From Acutalibacteraceae bacterium (lineage in GTDB: Bacteria; Bacillota; Clostridia; Oscillospirales; Acutalibacteraceae): a stretch of 64,000 nucleotides of DNA. Each line of letters opens with the position of its first letter. Positions within the stretch are counted from its first letter, which is position 1. The notes below the pieces were generated by a model. The model was not told the origin of the DNA, made no database searches, and was given only the letters and a program-made list of their open reading frames with translations. Positions 46,301 through 53,804 of the stretch are shown here, in pieces. The DNA lies in contig JAZQYL010000022.1 of assembly GCA_045633485.1 (NCBI GenBank), forward strand, positions 1,235 to 65,234. Direction: 5' to 3'. The translations under genes and the position numbers were made by a program.

Positions 46301-47959
46301 ACCTTTGCCCTTAGCAGCAAGCAATTCACCATCGTCTTGTGAAATAGAACATACCGCAAGTGTCGCATCTCCAACATTCATTTTAATATCGCCGGATACA
46401 TTGTTATAAATTATAATACCTGCAGCGCCTTGCTGTTGCGCAATCATTGCCTTTTCTTCAAATGTGTTTGAACCACGGCGAACAAGCGCAATCTTACCCT
46501 CTACATTCATGCCTGTATAGTCGGCACTACGGCCAACGCCGGGTATTAACACATAATCAATCTTTATGGATTTTTTATCACCGAGTAAGGAATCGTAAAA
46601 ATTGTTTTCTTCTGCGGAACCATTTGTCGATTCAACAAAGTAAATAATTTTATTATCAAATTCAATATATGGTGTTTCTGCGCCGGCAATAGAAGCTACC
46701 GACATAACGCCGTCATAGGTTGAAGGCGAGCCAACAGTACCGGTATCGGGATTAGAGGTAAGACCTAAATTACCGTTCTTTTCTGAGCCATATGCTGAGC
46801 TATAACTGTTAGAAGCCGCTACAACCATACAGATACCAGAATCGCGAAGCTTATCATATATTCCGTCAACCGCTTCTTCATCGCTTTCACGGCTGAAACC
46901 ACAAGCAGTACCGATTGACATATTAATAACATCAACGCCCAAAACAATGCAGTCCTCAAGAGCAGCTAAAATCCAAGCGGTACGTGCGGTATCCATAACA
47001 TCGGAAAATATCTTCATGGATACAAGTTGAGCGTTAGGAGCAACGCCTCGTATTGTATCATCGTTACCAACAATTACACCCGATACATGAGTACCGTGAT
47101 TGTTATGTGTTGAATATGCATCAGAATCAACATCTGCATAGTCAAAGTTATATGGGATTTTTTCGTTTATATAAACATCATCAACCGTAAGTCCGTCTAA
47201 TTGCTCGCTTGCCACAGTATCCTTAATAACTGCAGCAACATCATCATATGTAAGACCCAATTTTTTGCTTGTAAAATTATCTGTCGAAAACGCAGTATGA
47301 TTTGAATCTATACCTGTATCAAGCACAGCAACAACCATACCTGAACCATCGTAACCCGAATCAGAGCTATCAAAAATGCCGGTATCAAAAACGTCAACGG
47401 CGTTTTCAACAAGTTCTGTTTCACAAGTATTGTATTCCTCGCCAACAATTATGTTCATATCGTCGCTTATGGAATCACAAATTTTCTCAAAGTCAGAAGC
47501 TTTAATAAGAAGCTCAAAACCATTTATTATAGTAGAATATTCTTCGCCTGTTTTATAAGAAATGTTTTTCTCATCAAGTATAGCAAGCACCGACTCCTTA
47601 CCATTGGCAAGAGACTGCTTTGCCACTTTAGCGTAATCACCATTTGAAGCAAAGTCTGATAAGCTCATTGTTTTATCAGTACCCTCATAAACATCAATAA
47701 CAGCCTTATCACCTGTTGTTATTATTACGGAAATTTCGTCATTGTCATTAATTGTTTCAGGCAATTGATAAACTTTCGTATCATCAAAATACTTTGAATA
47801 ATCTAGCGCTATATTATCTATTTTTTTAATATCGGAATTATAAGATTTATCCGATAATGCATAGATGCTCGACATTGGTAGTGATGCTGCCGCTATCACA
47901 ACAGACAATACTGCGGCTGACATACCTTTTAATAATTTTTGTAATTTTAAGCACTTCAT
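40322..47959 (-). CDS. Giant (2545 aa) membrane-anchored S8 subtilisin-like cell-envelope protease with PA domain, Ig-like domains, about 800 aa of BspA-type leucine-rich repeats, a TM helix and a Lys-rich periodic tail
   Basis: Signal peptide. Catalytic triad contexts VAVLDTGID (about 47320), HGTHVSG (about 47090) and SGTSMACP (about 46135). PA-like insert KIALVRRGSNTFEEKA...GAAGIIIYNN. Big_2-like segments at about 43930-44520. LRRs at 41460-43860. TM at about 40832-40900. Confidence 0.85.
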   Translation of the reverse strand: MKCLKLQKLLKGMSAAVLSVVIAAASLPMSSIYALSDKSYNSDIKKIDNIALDYSKYFDDTKVYQLPETINDNDEISVIITTGDKAVIDVYEGTDKTMSLSDFASNGDYAKVAKQSLANGKESVLAILDEKNISYKTGEEYSTIINGFELLIKASDFEKICDSISDDMNIIVGEEYNTCETELVENAVDVFDTGIFDSSDSGYDGSGMVVAVLDTGIDSNHTAFSTDNFTSKKLGLTYDDVAAVIKDTVASEQLDGLTVDDVYINEKIPYNFDYADVDSDAYSTHNNHGTHVSGVIVGNDDTIRGVAPNAQLVSMKIFSDVMDTARTAWILAALEDCIVLGVDVINMSIGTACGFSRESDEEAVDGIYDKLRDSGICMVVAASNSYSSAYGSEKNGNLGLTSNPDTGTVGSPSTYDGVMSVASIAGAETPYIEFDNKIIYFVESTNGSAEENNFYDSLLGDKKSIKIDYVLIPGVGRSADYTGMNVEGKIALVRRGSNTFEEKAMIAQQQGAAGIIIYNNVSGDIKMNVGDATLAVCSISQDDGELLAAKGKGTLKISRKQTSGPFISDFSSWGPTPDLKIKPEITAHGGSILSSITGGSYDRLSGTSMACPNYAGVVVLLRQYVVENYPEIADDNQAVNTMVNCLIMSTADIALAKNGLPYSVRKQGAGLANLTNSIKSPAYITVKDEDGEITDKAKLELGDDPRKSGEYTMTFTINNTAKHAVSYDIDAYVMTEGVSDTKTAAGETTITEEARLLDGAKVKVVAINGKKSNKNTVRVKKNGQTEVTVKITLGKEDKEYLDKSFENGMYVEGFVTLEAKSGTKVDLNVPYLAFYGDWTQAPLFDLTYYDTNADELDDGIDEEDKTKADAYATRPVGGVSDDYVSYLGSYYFLQDPDDMVISANENYVALSNQVGTIHSLRFVWAGLLRNAAKIEITITDDITGDVVFEKVENDIRKSYSDGGASIYPSNVKIEFDTTEYNLENNSEYTVRLVGYVDYGDGGLQTNKNNVFEFPLVADFEAPTITDVEYRYEYDKTLKKNRLYADVMIYDNHYAMCSQIGYVTEEADADGNVGPAMKTLEQYMTPVYSERNDTTKVTYELTDYIYDIKNNATTKNTFVINAYDYALNYATYELSLPDDFTDFYFEGVEDGITLSPNEVYTLEPVIVPDTEWAELLEYSSSKPSVVRVVNNKLVAVKSGNAIIKAQDPLNNKSITFNVTVLEKGDDGYRRYDKPVADVFTLDGFYTNKAYYILENEDKKLGDTGSTNFFEGNYKLEMYPSEEVALNFSLDSFFKNDTSVSFESSNENIVKVDNSGLVTAQAEGFASITVKVLLDDKSTYYSETVNVEVKDPYVTTGASLTHYYGNGGLVNIPEDLSLTQIGQFAFSNFEYIMKTEEELAFDDAETSKAWFIGDNTITKVVIPEGVESIASYAFANLTALEEVVFPSTLESIDYGAFYGCTALQKITFSGENNLKIINQNAFENCDLRDTLKLPSVCVISDYAFAGNQKLKGIELGENLYSVGQYAFAGCKKLKDVKIDAKKVKYGPYAFTSCETLKEFYVNSSVLPEGMFYECDDMKKLTIGPDVNDIGVFAFRDTKISEFEIEKGNKNFKAHDKAYILSSDGKKLIAVSPLIEGEFTYDNIGGKKVNEIAKGAFSHNQKITSVLMEKVTAIGEYGLASNEGLISVSLGELKEIGDYAFFETSITTMPNLDKKVKIGKYAFSFTKLTSVTIPDKMEIAEGTFSECVDLTTVVIGDDVKIGKYAFSMDKDRAFKVEMYMNGEQKLFRYVFSSPLISLTIGKNAQIGENAFSNAASLETVTLGEGAKLEKMAFYNTSSLKNIDLSKVKEIGDYAISGDVYYACLDENMTVAAVNSNGYYHYTYHGPQITNADISSAETLGEYAFSYCRQLVQVELSDDIKEIKPYTFAGCDALKSINLSKVETIGEYAFMECGLETLDVSATENIDKYAFVSNRLLKTVKFCEKTEQIGEGAFSYCDPLDIVDNLNCVENIGDYAFAYTAITSADLTAAVNIGRNVFIKETLTPFKVVLGKDIEKIADNPFAMCKLEPFSTTQKQKVNGKEKEVTVYNYEISDTVFVIEGSLYCMNEKGMELITYSGTNNNDVVIADDTVRITAYAFAGSDVVRVKMPFSTTAIGHKAFYDCNMLDMVTFGSHTVPNFEEEFDPSYYGSFENIPGTGDFGTYTDYDGNEVQINGLGIIPFFMWNATGEMYSNVFYGATFVDYVGKVENKLTMVRPINGVGYDSFICNQYFDLVIDGPAAPDDVAVDAINAIKAIPERVSYDDKGLVESARAAYSKIATLEQQSLVKNYSDLVSAEQRIKALDPDAQKNEETNDNKEGFNIGILVLIIAIFATVVLAAILLIKKFKQHIVKFTKPVCDKISALVSPLIQKISKFIKPILNKIVVFCKPVTDKMAAFCKPIFKSTAKILKPIFAKVISVIKISIAFVAKLVVKIFVACKVFFVKIFNVIKPFLIKWTKIIVQQVVKIAKLIFTKVISFVKFLFSKISAFVKNIKQKKHHKEEVLENETEN
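40325..40825 (-). repeat. 167-aa cytoplasmic tail built from about 11-residue Lys/Ile/Phe/Val periodic units
   Basis: KPILNKIVVFC / KPVTDKMAAFC / KPIFKSTAKIL / KPIFAKVISVI / KIFVACKVFFV / KFLFSKISAFV and similar. 35 Lys in 167 residues by my count, with almost no acidic residues until the last 10. Confidence 0.75.
41460..43860 (-). repeat. Protein-level BspA-type leucine-rich repeat array within the protease
   Basis: Dozens of about 23-aa units of the form ...I.IP..V..IG.YAF..C..L..V... (for example IGQFAFSNF, IASYAFANLTALEEV, IDYGAFYGCTALQKI, IGEYAFMECGLETL). Confidence 0.7.
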
Positions 47960-48145
47960 ATTTTTTATAAAGCTCCCTTATAATTTTGTTATACATACTA
48001 GATATATATATTCAATTTATTTTACCCTATTTTACTTAAAAAAGCAAGAACAAAATATATATAATATATATTTAATATATAAGATTTACATTTGGGGAAT
48101 TTTATGCTATAATTATTCAAATTCTTTAGTTTGGGGTAGTATGAC

Positions 48146-48574
48146 ATGACAAAAGAAAAGACTGTTTATTTTCGTAAAATATATAAAATTCTGCTAAGTG
48201 CGTCGATTATTATTGCCGGAATAAGCCTTATAGTCGGATGTGTTACAATATATTTTTCAGGCAACGGATATTCAAGACAATTAGTAGCAAGCACATTTTC
48301 CAAAATTAACATCCCCGTTTATTTGTGCTTGGCGCTAATTATAGGTGATATTATTTGGGAGTTGCTTTCGCCAACCGACAAAGATTTTAAATCGGTTAAA
48401 AAAATTAAGACCGAGAACAAACAACCCACAGATAGCAAACACCTTTTTATTATTAAGCTTTGTATTCTTGGTGTTGCCATAATCGCCTTGATAGGTGGTT
48501 TCTTAGCGGGTGGTTATAACGATGTTCTAACAAAAGCAGTTAATATCTGCACCGAATGTATCGGTCTTGGTTAG
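48146..48574 (+). CDS. Small polytopic membrane protein ending in a CxxC motif (CD1871A-like)
   Basis: Three hydrophobic segments. The C-terminus NICTECIGLG carries the CxxC at 48548-48559. It lies directly upstream of the 4Fe-4S membrane protein. Confidence 0.5.
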   Translation: MTKEKTVYFRKIYKILLSASIIIAGISLIVGCVTIYFSGNGYSRQLVASTFSKINIPVYLCLALIIGDIIWELLSPTDKDFKSVKKIKTENKQPTDSKHLFIIKLCILGVAIIALIGGFLAGGYNDVLTKAVNICTECIGLG

Positions 48575-48585
48575 GGAGTTGTATT

Positions 48586-50046
48586 ATGAATAAAATAATT
48601 GAAAAAATAAAAAAACTCAAACCCACAAGACGAAAAATAATTCAACTTTATACAGCACTACTTTTTAATGTGAATTTTAAAGGTTTTGTTTCGGGAAATA
48701 TTTATCAAGGCAACACAAAAATCGCCTGTATTCCAGGACTAAATTGCTATTCATGTCCCGGTGCCGTAGGTGCCTGCCCATTAGGCTCACTACAAGGCTC
48801 ATTTAGCGCAAACAAAAGTACATTGTTTTATGTGGGCGGTATATTGCTTCTTTACTCAATAATGTTTGGAAGGTTTGTTTGCGGTTGGCTTTGTCCGTTT
48901 GGACTTATACAAGAGCTCATATACAAAATCAAAACTCCAAAACTTAAAAAGAATCGAGCAACAAAAATATTATCATACTTTAAATATATTATACTGGCAT
49001 TTTTTGTTTTTATAATTCCTATTGCTTACGCTTTAAAAGATACTCCCTTCCCTGCTTTTTGCAAGTACATATGCCCGGCTGGAACACTTGAAGGCGGATT
49101 AAGTCTTCTGGCGAACAAAGTAAACGACAGTTATTTTTCAATGCTGGGTCCAATTTTTACATGGAAATTTTTATTACTTATAAGCATAGTTGTGGCTTGT
49201 ATATTTATTTTTAGAATGTTTTGCCGTTTTATTTGTCCACTTGGCGCTTTATACGGCTTGTTTAACAAAATTTCTATTTTTGGAATTAAACTTGATAATA
49301 GTAAATGTATTAACTGTAATTTGTGTAAAAACAAATGCAAAATGGACATTACCCATGTAGGCGACAGCGAGTGTATAAGTTGTGGCGAATGCATTGATGT
49401 TTGCCCTACCGATGCTATTGTTTGGAAAGGAATTAAAAAGAATAAAATTTCGACAGATGATATAATATCCCATAAAAAATCAAGAATAATTACACGAGCG
49501 ATATCTACAGTTTTAATGGTTGCCATTATCGTTACATCGTCAATTTATTTTTGGAAAGACAGTAGTACCAAAACAAATTACGGTACAGAGATTGGTGAGT
49601 TGTGTTACGGCGCTGAGCTCCCTGTTGTAACACCGGACGGTGTGAGTGATAACACAATTAATCCTGCGAAAACAGGCAAAATTACGATAATAAACTTTTG
49701 GGGAACTTGGTGTACTCCTTGTGTGAAAGAGCTTCCCTATTTCGACCAAATTGCAAGTGAATATACAGACGAAGTAACGGTTGTAGCGATTCATTCAAGC
49801 GCCAGCAAAGAAACCTCTACTGAGTATGTTAAAACACATTACCCCAACAGTAAACTTGTTTTTGCAAATGATATTCCCGATGAAAACGATGTATTTAATG
49901 GAAAATATTATTTAAATCTTGGTGGAAGCGGCGCATACCCATATACCGTAATAATCGATCAAGAAGGCGTAATACGTCAAATATTTGTTAAGGCTTTACA
50001 CTACGAAGATCTTAAGCAATCGGTGGAAAGTATATTAAAAGACTAA
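48586..50046 (+). CDS. NapH/MauN-like membrane polyferredoxin fused to a C-terminal TlpA/ResA-type thioredoxin domain
   Basis: CYSCPGAVGACPLG, FVCGWLCPFG, FCKYICPAG and FCRFICPLG; two ferredoxin motifs, CINCNLCKNKC and CISCGECIDVCP. These are followed by an extra TM helix and then INFWGTWCTPCVKELPYF. AGGGAG RBS precedes the ATG at 48586. Confidence 0.75.
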   Translation: MNKIIEKIKKLKPTRRKIIQLYTALLFNVNFKGFVSGNIYQGNTKIACIPGLNCYSCPGAVGACPLGSLQGSFSANKSTLFYVGGILLLYSIMFGRFVCGWLCPFGLIQELIYKIKTPKLKKNRATKILSYFKYIILAFFVFIIPIAYALKDTPFPAFCKYICPAGTLEGGLSLLANKVNDSYFSMLGPIFTWKFLLLISIVVACIFIFRMFCRFICPLGALYGLFNKISIFGIKLDNSKCINCNLCKNKCKMDITHVGDSECISCGECIDVCPTDAIVWKGIKKNKISTDDIISHKKSRIITRAISTVLMVAIIVTSSIYFWKDSSTKTNYGTEIGELCYGAELPVVTPDGVSDNTINPAKTGKITIINFWGTWCTPCVKELPYFDQIASEYTDEVTVVAIHSSASKETSTEYVKTHYPNSKLVFANDIPDENDVFNGKYYLNLGGSGAYPYTVIIDQEGVIRQIFVKALHYEDLKQSVESILKD

Positions 50047-50047
50047 C

Positions 50048-50088
50048 AAAAAAACACAAACAGCAATTAATTGCTGTTTGTGTTTTTT
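50048..50088. terminator. Bidirectional terminator between convergent units
   Basis: Stem acacaaacagcaa / ttgctgtttgtgt, loop ttaa, flanked by an A-run and a T-run. Confidence 0.8.
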
Positions 50089-50095
50089 AAATTGT

Positions 50096-51676
50096 TTAGA
50101 AATAAACAAGTGGGCCTTGATTAATGTTTTTGTCAGCACTACTTGGCTTATCCTCAGGAACTAGAGGTTCATCAGGTTCTTCTGGAACAACAGGTTCATC
50201 GGGTTCTTCCGGAACCTTAGGTCCTAAAGTCACATTCCAACCATTAAGATATTGCATCAGTAAACCGTAATCTTTATTATTGATTGCCTTATCATCATTA
50301 ACATCGGCTGTTTCGGTAATAATTTCAACATCCCAGCCGTTAAGATATTGCATCAACAAACCTAGGTCCTTATTGTTAATGTTTCTGTCGCCGTTTATAT
50401 CGCCGATTTCAAAGGGCGCTCTTACAAATCCACACACATTGCAGGTTGTATCAGCATTGTCATCATATACGTGAGCATCGGCATCAACCGATATGATAAC
50501 GTCGGCTTCGCGTGATAATTCTTCATTACATACTGTACAGTATACAACCATATCACACAATCCTTCGTTTGTGCAGTTTGCAGGAGTTTTAATCTCCTGT
50601 GTGGGCGCACCTTCGGTATGAGGTAATACATCGGTAATAACAACCTCACGAGATATTTCCTCGCCACATACTGTGCAAATGATTATATTTTCATAAGAAC
50701 CGTTTTGTGTGCAGGTAGCTGGAACCTCTTTTTCTTTGGTTGGTGCGCTTTCTGTGTGTTTAAAGAAACACATTGCTGTCACATCTTCATCATAATAACA
50801 AGCAAATAACCATGCGTCATCTGAATCATAAATAAAAGCATCCTCGCCACTATACCATCTGTTAGAATCACCGACTTCTTTGAAAATTTCAATCAAATCG
50901 ATGGTAAGCGGATAATAAAATGACGGTATTGTACCGGTTTCATCATCGGTAAGCGCATCTAAATATTCATACAAAGCAGCAGTGTAATCAACCTTGCGTG
51001 TTACCTTGTTGTCATCATCGTAATATACAGCCGACACTTTACCATTTGAAACCATACTATAAAGCGAAATCATATATTCATCATGTAAATTTGCGAAAAG
51101 CACAGGGCCATTCTCATCATTAAGATGATAGCATCCGTCACTGCCTAAAACAGCATTATCTATTATTTCATCTTCAAAATCAATGTAATTGTCAGAAAGC
51201 GACTCAACATCTACATTAGATGGCATTGTGAATTTTTTAGGAGATTGAACGTTTTGGTAAATTTCCCACGGTATTTCGCCACTTAAATCAAGGTCTGTGC
51301 GTGTAACTGTAATGGTAGCCTCAGCAAGCTCTGAATTTAAAGCAATCATTATTGCCTGACCTATATCATTACATTCCCAAGTTATGGTAGTGGCGTTTAC
51401 ATTATCTGCAGTAGGGTCATTTTGAACCCACATATCAATATAACTTACAATACCAATAAGACCATCATTTGTTGTAATGGTGTATTCGCCAATATTGGTA
51501 GGTGCAAGTATGTATACTGTATATTCAGTTGAAGTTTCTACAGTATACACGTTAGTGCCTTCCGTTAGTACAGTCGAACTAATAGTATAATTTTCTTCCG
51601 CCATAACCGTCATTGGCAATAATAAAAGGGCCATTATTAGCATTGCGCTTACAGCGATTTTAAATATTTTCTTCAT
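50096..51676 (-). CDS. Secreted dockerin-bearing protein with Cys-rich modules and the shared YH-NGP/WL-C-YY domain
   Basis: Signal peptide; the domain CYHLNDENGPV...AWLFACYY; modules PATCTQNG...CTVCGEE and PANCTNEG...CTVCNEE; a canonical two-segment dockerin (about 50222-50412); a P/E-rich tail. Confidence 0.7.
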   Translation of the reverse strand: MKKIFKIAVSAMLIMALLLLPMTVMAEENYTISSTVLTEGTNVYTVETSTEYTVYILAPTNIGEYTITTNDGLIGIVSYIDMWVQNDPTADNVNATTITWECNDIGQAIMIALNSELAEATITVTRTDLDLSGEIPWEIYQNVQSPKKFTMPSNVDVESLSDNYIDFEDEIIDNAVLGSDGCYHLNDENGPVLFANLHDEYMISLYSMVSNGKVSAVYYDDDNKVTRKVDYTAALYEYLDALTDDETGTIPSFYYPLTIDLIEIFKEVGDSNRWYSGEDAFIYDSDDAWLFACYYDEDVTAMCFFKHTESAPTKEKEVPATCTQNGSYENIIICTVCGEEISREVVITDVLPHTEGAPTQEIKTPANCTNEGLCDMVVYCTVCNEELSREADVIISVDADAHVYDDNADTTCNVCGFVRAPFEIGDINGDRNINNKDLGLLMQYLNGWDVEIITETADVNDDKAINNKDYGLLMQYLNGWNVTLGPKVPEEPDEPVVPEEPDEPLVPEDKPSSADKNINQGPLVYF

Positions 51677-51708
51677 ATAATTTACTCCAAAAAATTATAA
51701 TATGTGCT

Positions 51709-52743
51709 TTATGCATATTTAATTAAAAATTCAATATCTGTTGCTTTATACTGATTACGCTTATCAGGCTTAATTCCTACCGTGATTCTTAAAACATCAC
51801 CTTTATTAACCTCGACCTCTACATAGGTACCAAGATCATCAGACTTAACCTCGCCTTCTTCTGTTGCTTCAGTACTTCTTAATGCAGAATTACGAAGATT
51901 TTGAACCATTAATTGACCTTTTTTTGTTCCACTCAAAAGATAAAAACGAATAGTTCCATCTTGTTTTGCTGTGTACTGATATACATAACCTTGATTATCG
52001 TCATCTTCTAAATGACGCTTAATACTTTCATCAATCGATTTTATCTGTGCCGGAGCATCAATAGTTCCGAGTTCAGCTTGGAAAATAACACTAAAAGTTT
52101 CAGGTGCGGAGCCAGCGTTACCAAACTCAAGCATAATAAACTCATTGGACATTGCATCGCTTTCTACGAAGAAGGTTAATTTACCATTGTTTGCCGTATG
52201 TTTTTCACCATTATAAACAACATATGCATTGGGACTATTAATGATTAAAATTCTATTGGCAGCACCACGAACCTTATAAAACAATGATTTGCCTGCCGGA
52301 ATTTCATGTGTTAAAAATGTTCCATCCTCGGAAAGGAATGCTTCATACGCGGTATCGGTCGTTTCACCATTACCGCTTCCAACTTGAGGTGTGTCGGGTA
52401 TTTCAGGTGGTGTCTGGGTATTGTTGGTAAAGTCGTTATTGTTATCATTGTTGTCGGAATTTTCGACATCACCATCAGAATTATTGTTGCTATTTGAATT
52501 ATTGTTCGAATTGCCTTGTTGACCACTTTCTGTGGTATCGGACGTTTCATCAAGAAGAGATTCAAGATTACTTTCGTTATCATTTATAATATCAACACTA
52601 TCATACGTAATACTACCGGTGGATGATGTGCTTAAATAATCGTCACCTTGATTACCGCCAATTTTACGGCAAGATGTCAATGATAAAACAAAACATAATA
52701 TTAATAAAAACGCAACAAATTTTTTGCATAAATTTTTATTCAT
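51709..52743 (-). CDS. Hypothetical lipoprotein with an Asn/Ser/Asp-rich linker
   Basis: Lipobox LTSC; low-complexity NSNNNSNSNNNSDGD...; beta-rich C-terminal part. Confidence 0.5.
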   Translation of the reverse strand: MNKNLCKKFVAFLLILCFVLSLTSCRKIGGNQGDDYLSTSSTGSITYDSVDIINDNESNLESLLDETSDTTESGQQGNSNNNSNSNNNSDGDVENSDNNDNNNDFTNNTQTPPEIPDTPQVGSGNGETTDTAYEAFLSEDGTFLTHEIPAGKSLFYKVRGAANRILIINSPNAYVVYNGEKHTANNGKLTFFVESDAMSNEFIMLEFGNAGSAPETFSVIFQAELGTIDAPAQIKSIDESIKRHLEDDDNQGYVYQYTAKQDGTIRFYLLSGTKKGQLMVQNLRNSALRSTEATEEGEVKSDDLGTYVEVEVNKGDVLRITVGIKPDKRNQYKATDIEFLIKYA

Positions 52744-52768
52744 TTGGAATACCTCTTTTATGGAAAAG

Positions 52769-53173
52769 TTAAGCTATTGTATTGTTCAGAACAATAGTAT
52801 AAGATGTTAAATCATCTTCAAGATAAATCTCCTCTTCCCCTGTATATTCATAGCCTTCAGGGCAAGACATTACTGACAATTTGTGCTCGTCGGTTATCAC
52901 TGTGTTAAATACTGCAACACCGTTTTCATCCGTCATAGCAGGGGTGCAAACATCTTTGCAAATTTGTACCATAACACCCTTAACCGGACTATCGTTTTGA
53001 TCTGTAACAATAACCTCGAATTTAGAAGTTGTTTCATCATCGGAAGATGTTTCATCCTTGGCACTTTCGGACTTACTTACACCATCATAAATAGTCTTCT
53101 CATCATTGCCAAAGCAACCGCAAAGACAAAAAGTAAGAACTAAAGCCAAAATAAGAGCTATGAGTTTTTTCAT
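52769..53173 (-). CDS. Small lipoprotein with a prealbumin/CarboxypepD_reg-like beta-sandwich
   Basis: Lipobox LCGC; FEVIVTDQNDSPVKGVMVQI...DENGVAVFN pattern. Alternative start at 53182. Confidence 0.5.
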   Translation of the reverse strand: MKKLIALILALVLTFCLCGCFGNDEKTIYDGVSKSESAKDETSSDDETTSKFEVIVTDQNDSPVKGVMVQICKDVCTPAMTDENGVAVFNTVITDEHKLSVMSCPEGYEYTGEEEIYLEDDLTSYTIVLNNTIA

Positions 53174-53195
53174 GTATACCATTCCTTTTATATCA

Positions 53196-53804
53196 TTATT
53201 TTATATCACTTACATTTTTAATGGTTGTATGTTTATAGTTATCAGCCGTAAAGAAAGCAAATATTTTTTCAAATACACCTTCCTCAGTTATGCTACCCAT
53301 ATGCATAAAAGCGATTGAGCCATAACGATCTATAACAACCGTTGTCGGAAATCCTTGTAAAGAAAAAGCGGAAATCCAATCCTGCTCTCCCTTTATCATA
53401 GGCAATGTAATATTATTTTGTTCTGCAAATTTTTGAATATCTCTTTGCTCATCATCAGTCGGATTAATAGCGAAAACAATAACATCATCATCGTACTTAT
53501 CAGCTGCTGCTTGCAAATAAGGAAATTCCATCTGACAGGGTCCGCAGCCGACAAACCAAAAGTTAAGAACTATCGCTTCTTTTTCTTTGAAAACCTCAGA
53601 GAACTTATATGTGTTACCGTTTATATCCGTAAGACTGTGATTACCCATTAAATCACCAAGTTTATAATCACACAAATTAAGTGATGGATTATCCACAAGG
53701 CTGACTTTTCTTTCCGTAGCTTTACAACCAATTAACGAAAGAACAAGTAATAAACATATAATTATTGAAACAATTTTTAAAAAATATCTGTTCATATTAA
53801 TCAC
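53196..53804 (-). CDS. TlpA/ResA-family thiol:disulfide oxidoreductase lipoprotein
   Basis: Lipobox LIGC; LNFWFVGCGPCQMEFPYL with the CGPC at 53535-53546. A GTG start overlaps the upstream stop (GTGA); an alternative ATG is at 53795. Confidence 0.8.
   Translation of the reverse strand: MINMNRYFLKIVSIIICLLLVLSLIGCKATERKVSLVDNPSLNLCDYKLGDLMGNHSLTDINGNTYKFSEVFKEKEAIVLNFWFVGCGPCQMEFPYLQAAADKYDDDVIVFAINPTDDEQRDIQKFAEQNNITLPMIKGEQDWISAFSLQGFPTTVVIDRYGSIAFMHMGSITEEGVFEKIFAFFTADNYKHTTIKNVSDIK

Noticed and set aside
52380-52560. Asn/Ser/Asp-rich stretch in the 344-aa lipoprotein, considered as a slipped-strand contingency repeat
   Set aside because: The DNA is not a perfect simple-sequence repeat because codons vary. 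It looks like an ordinary low-complexity linker.
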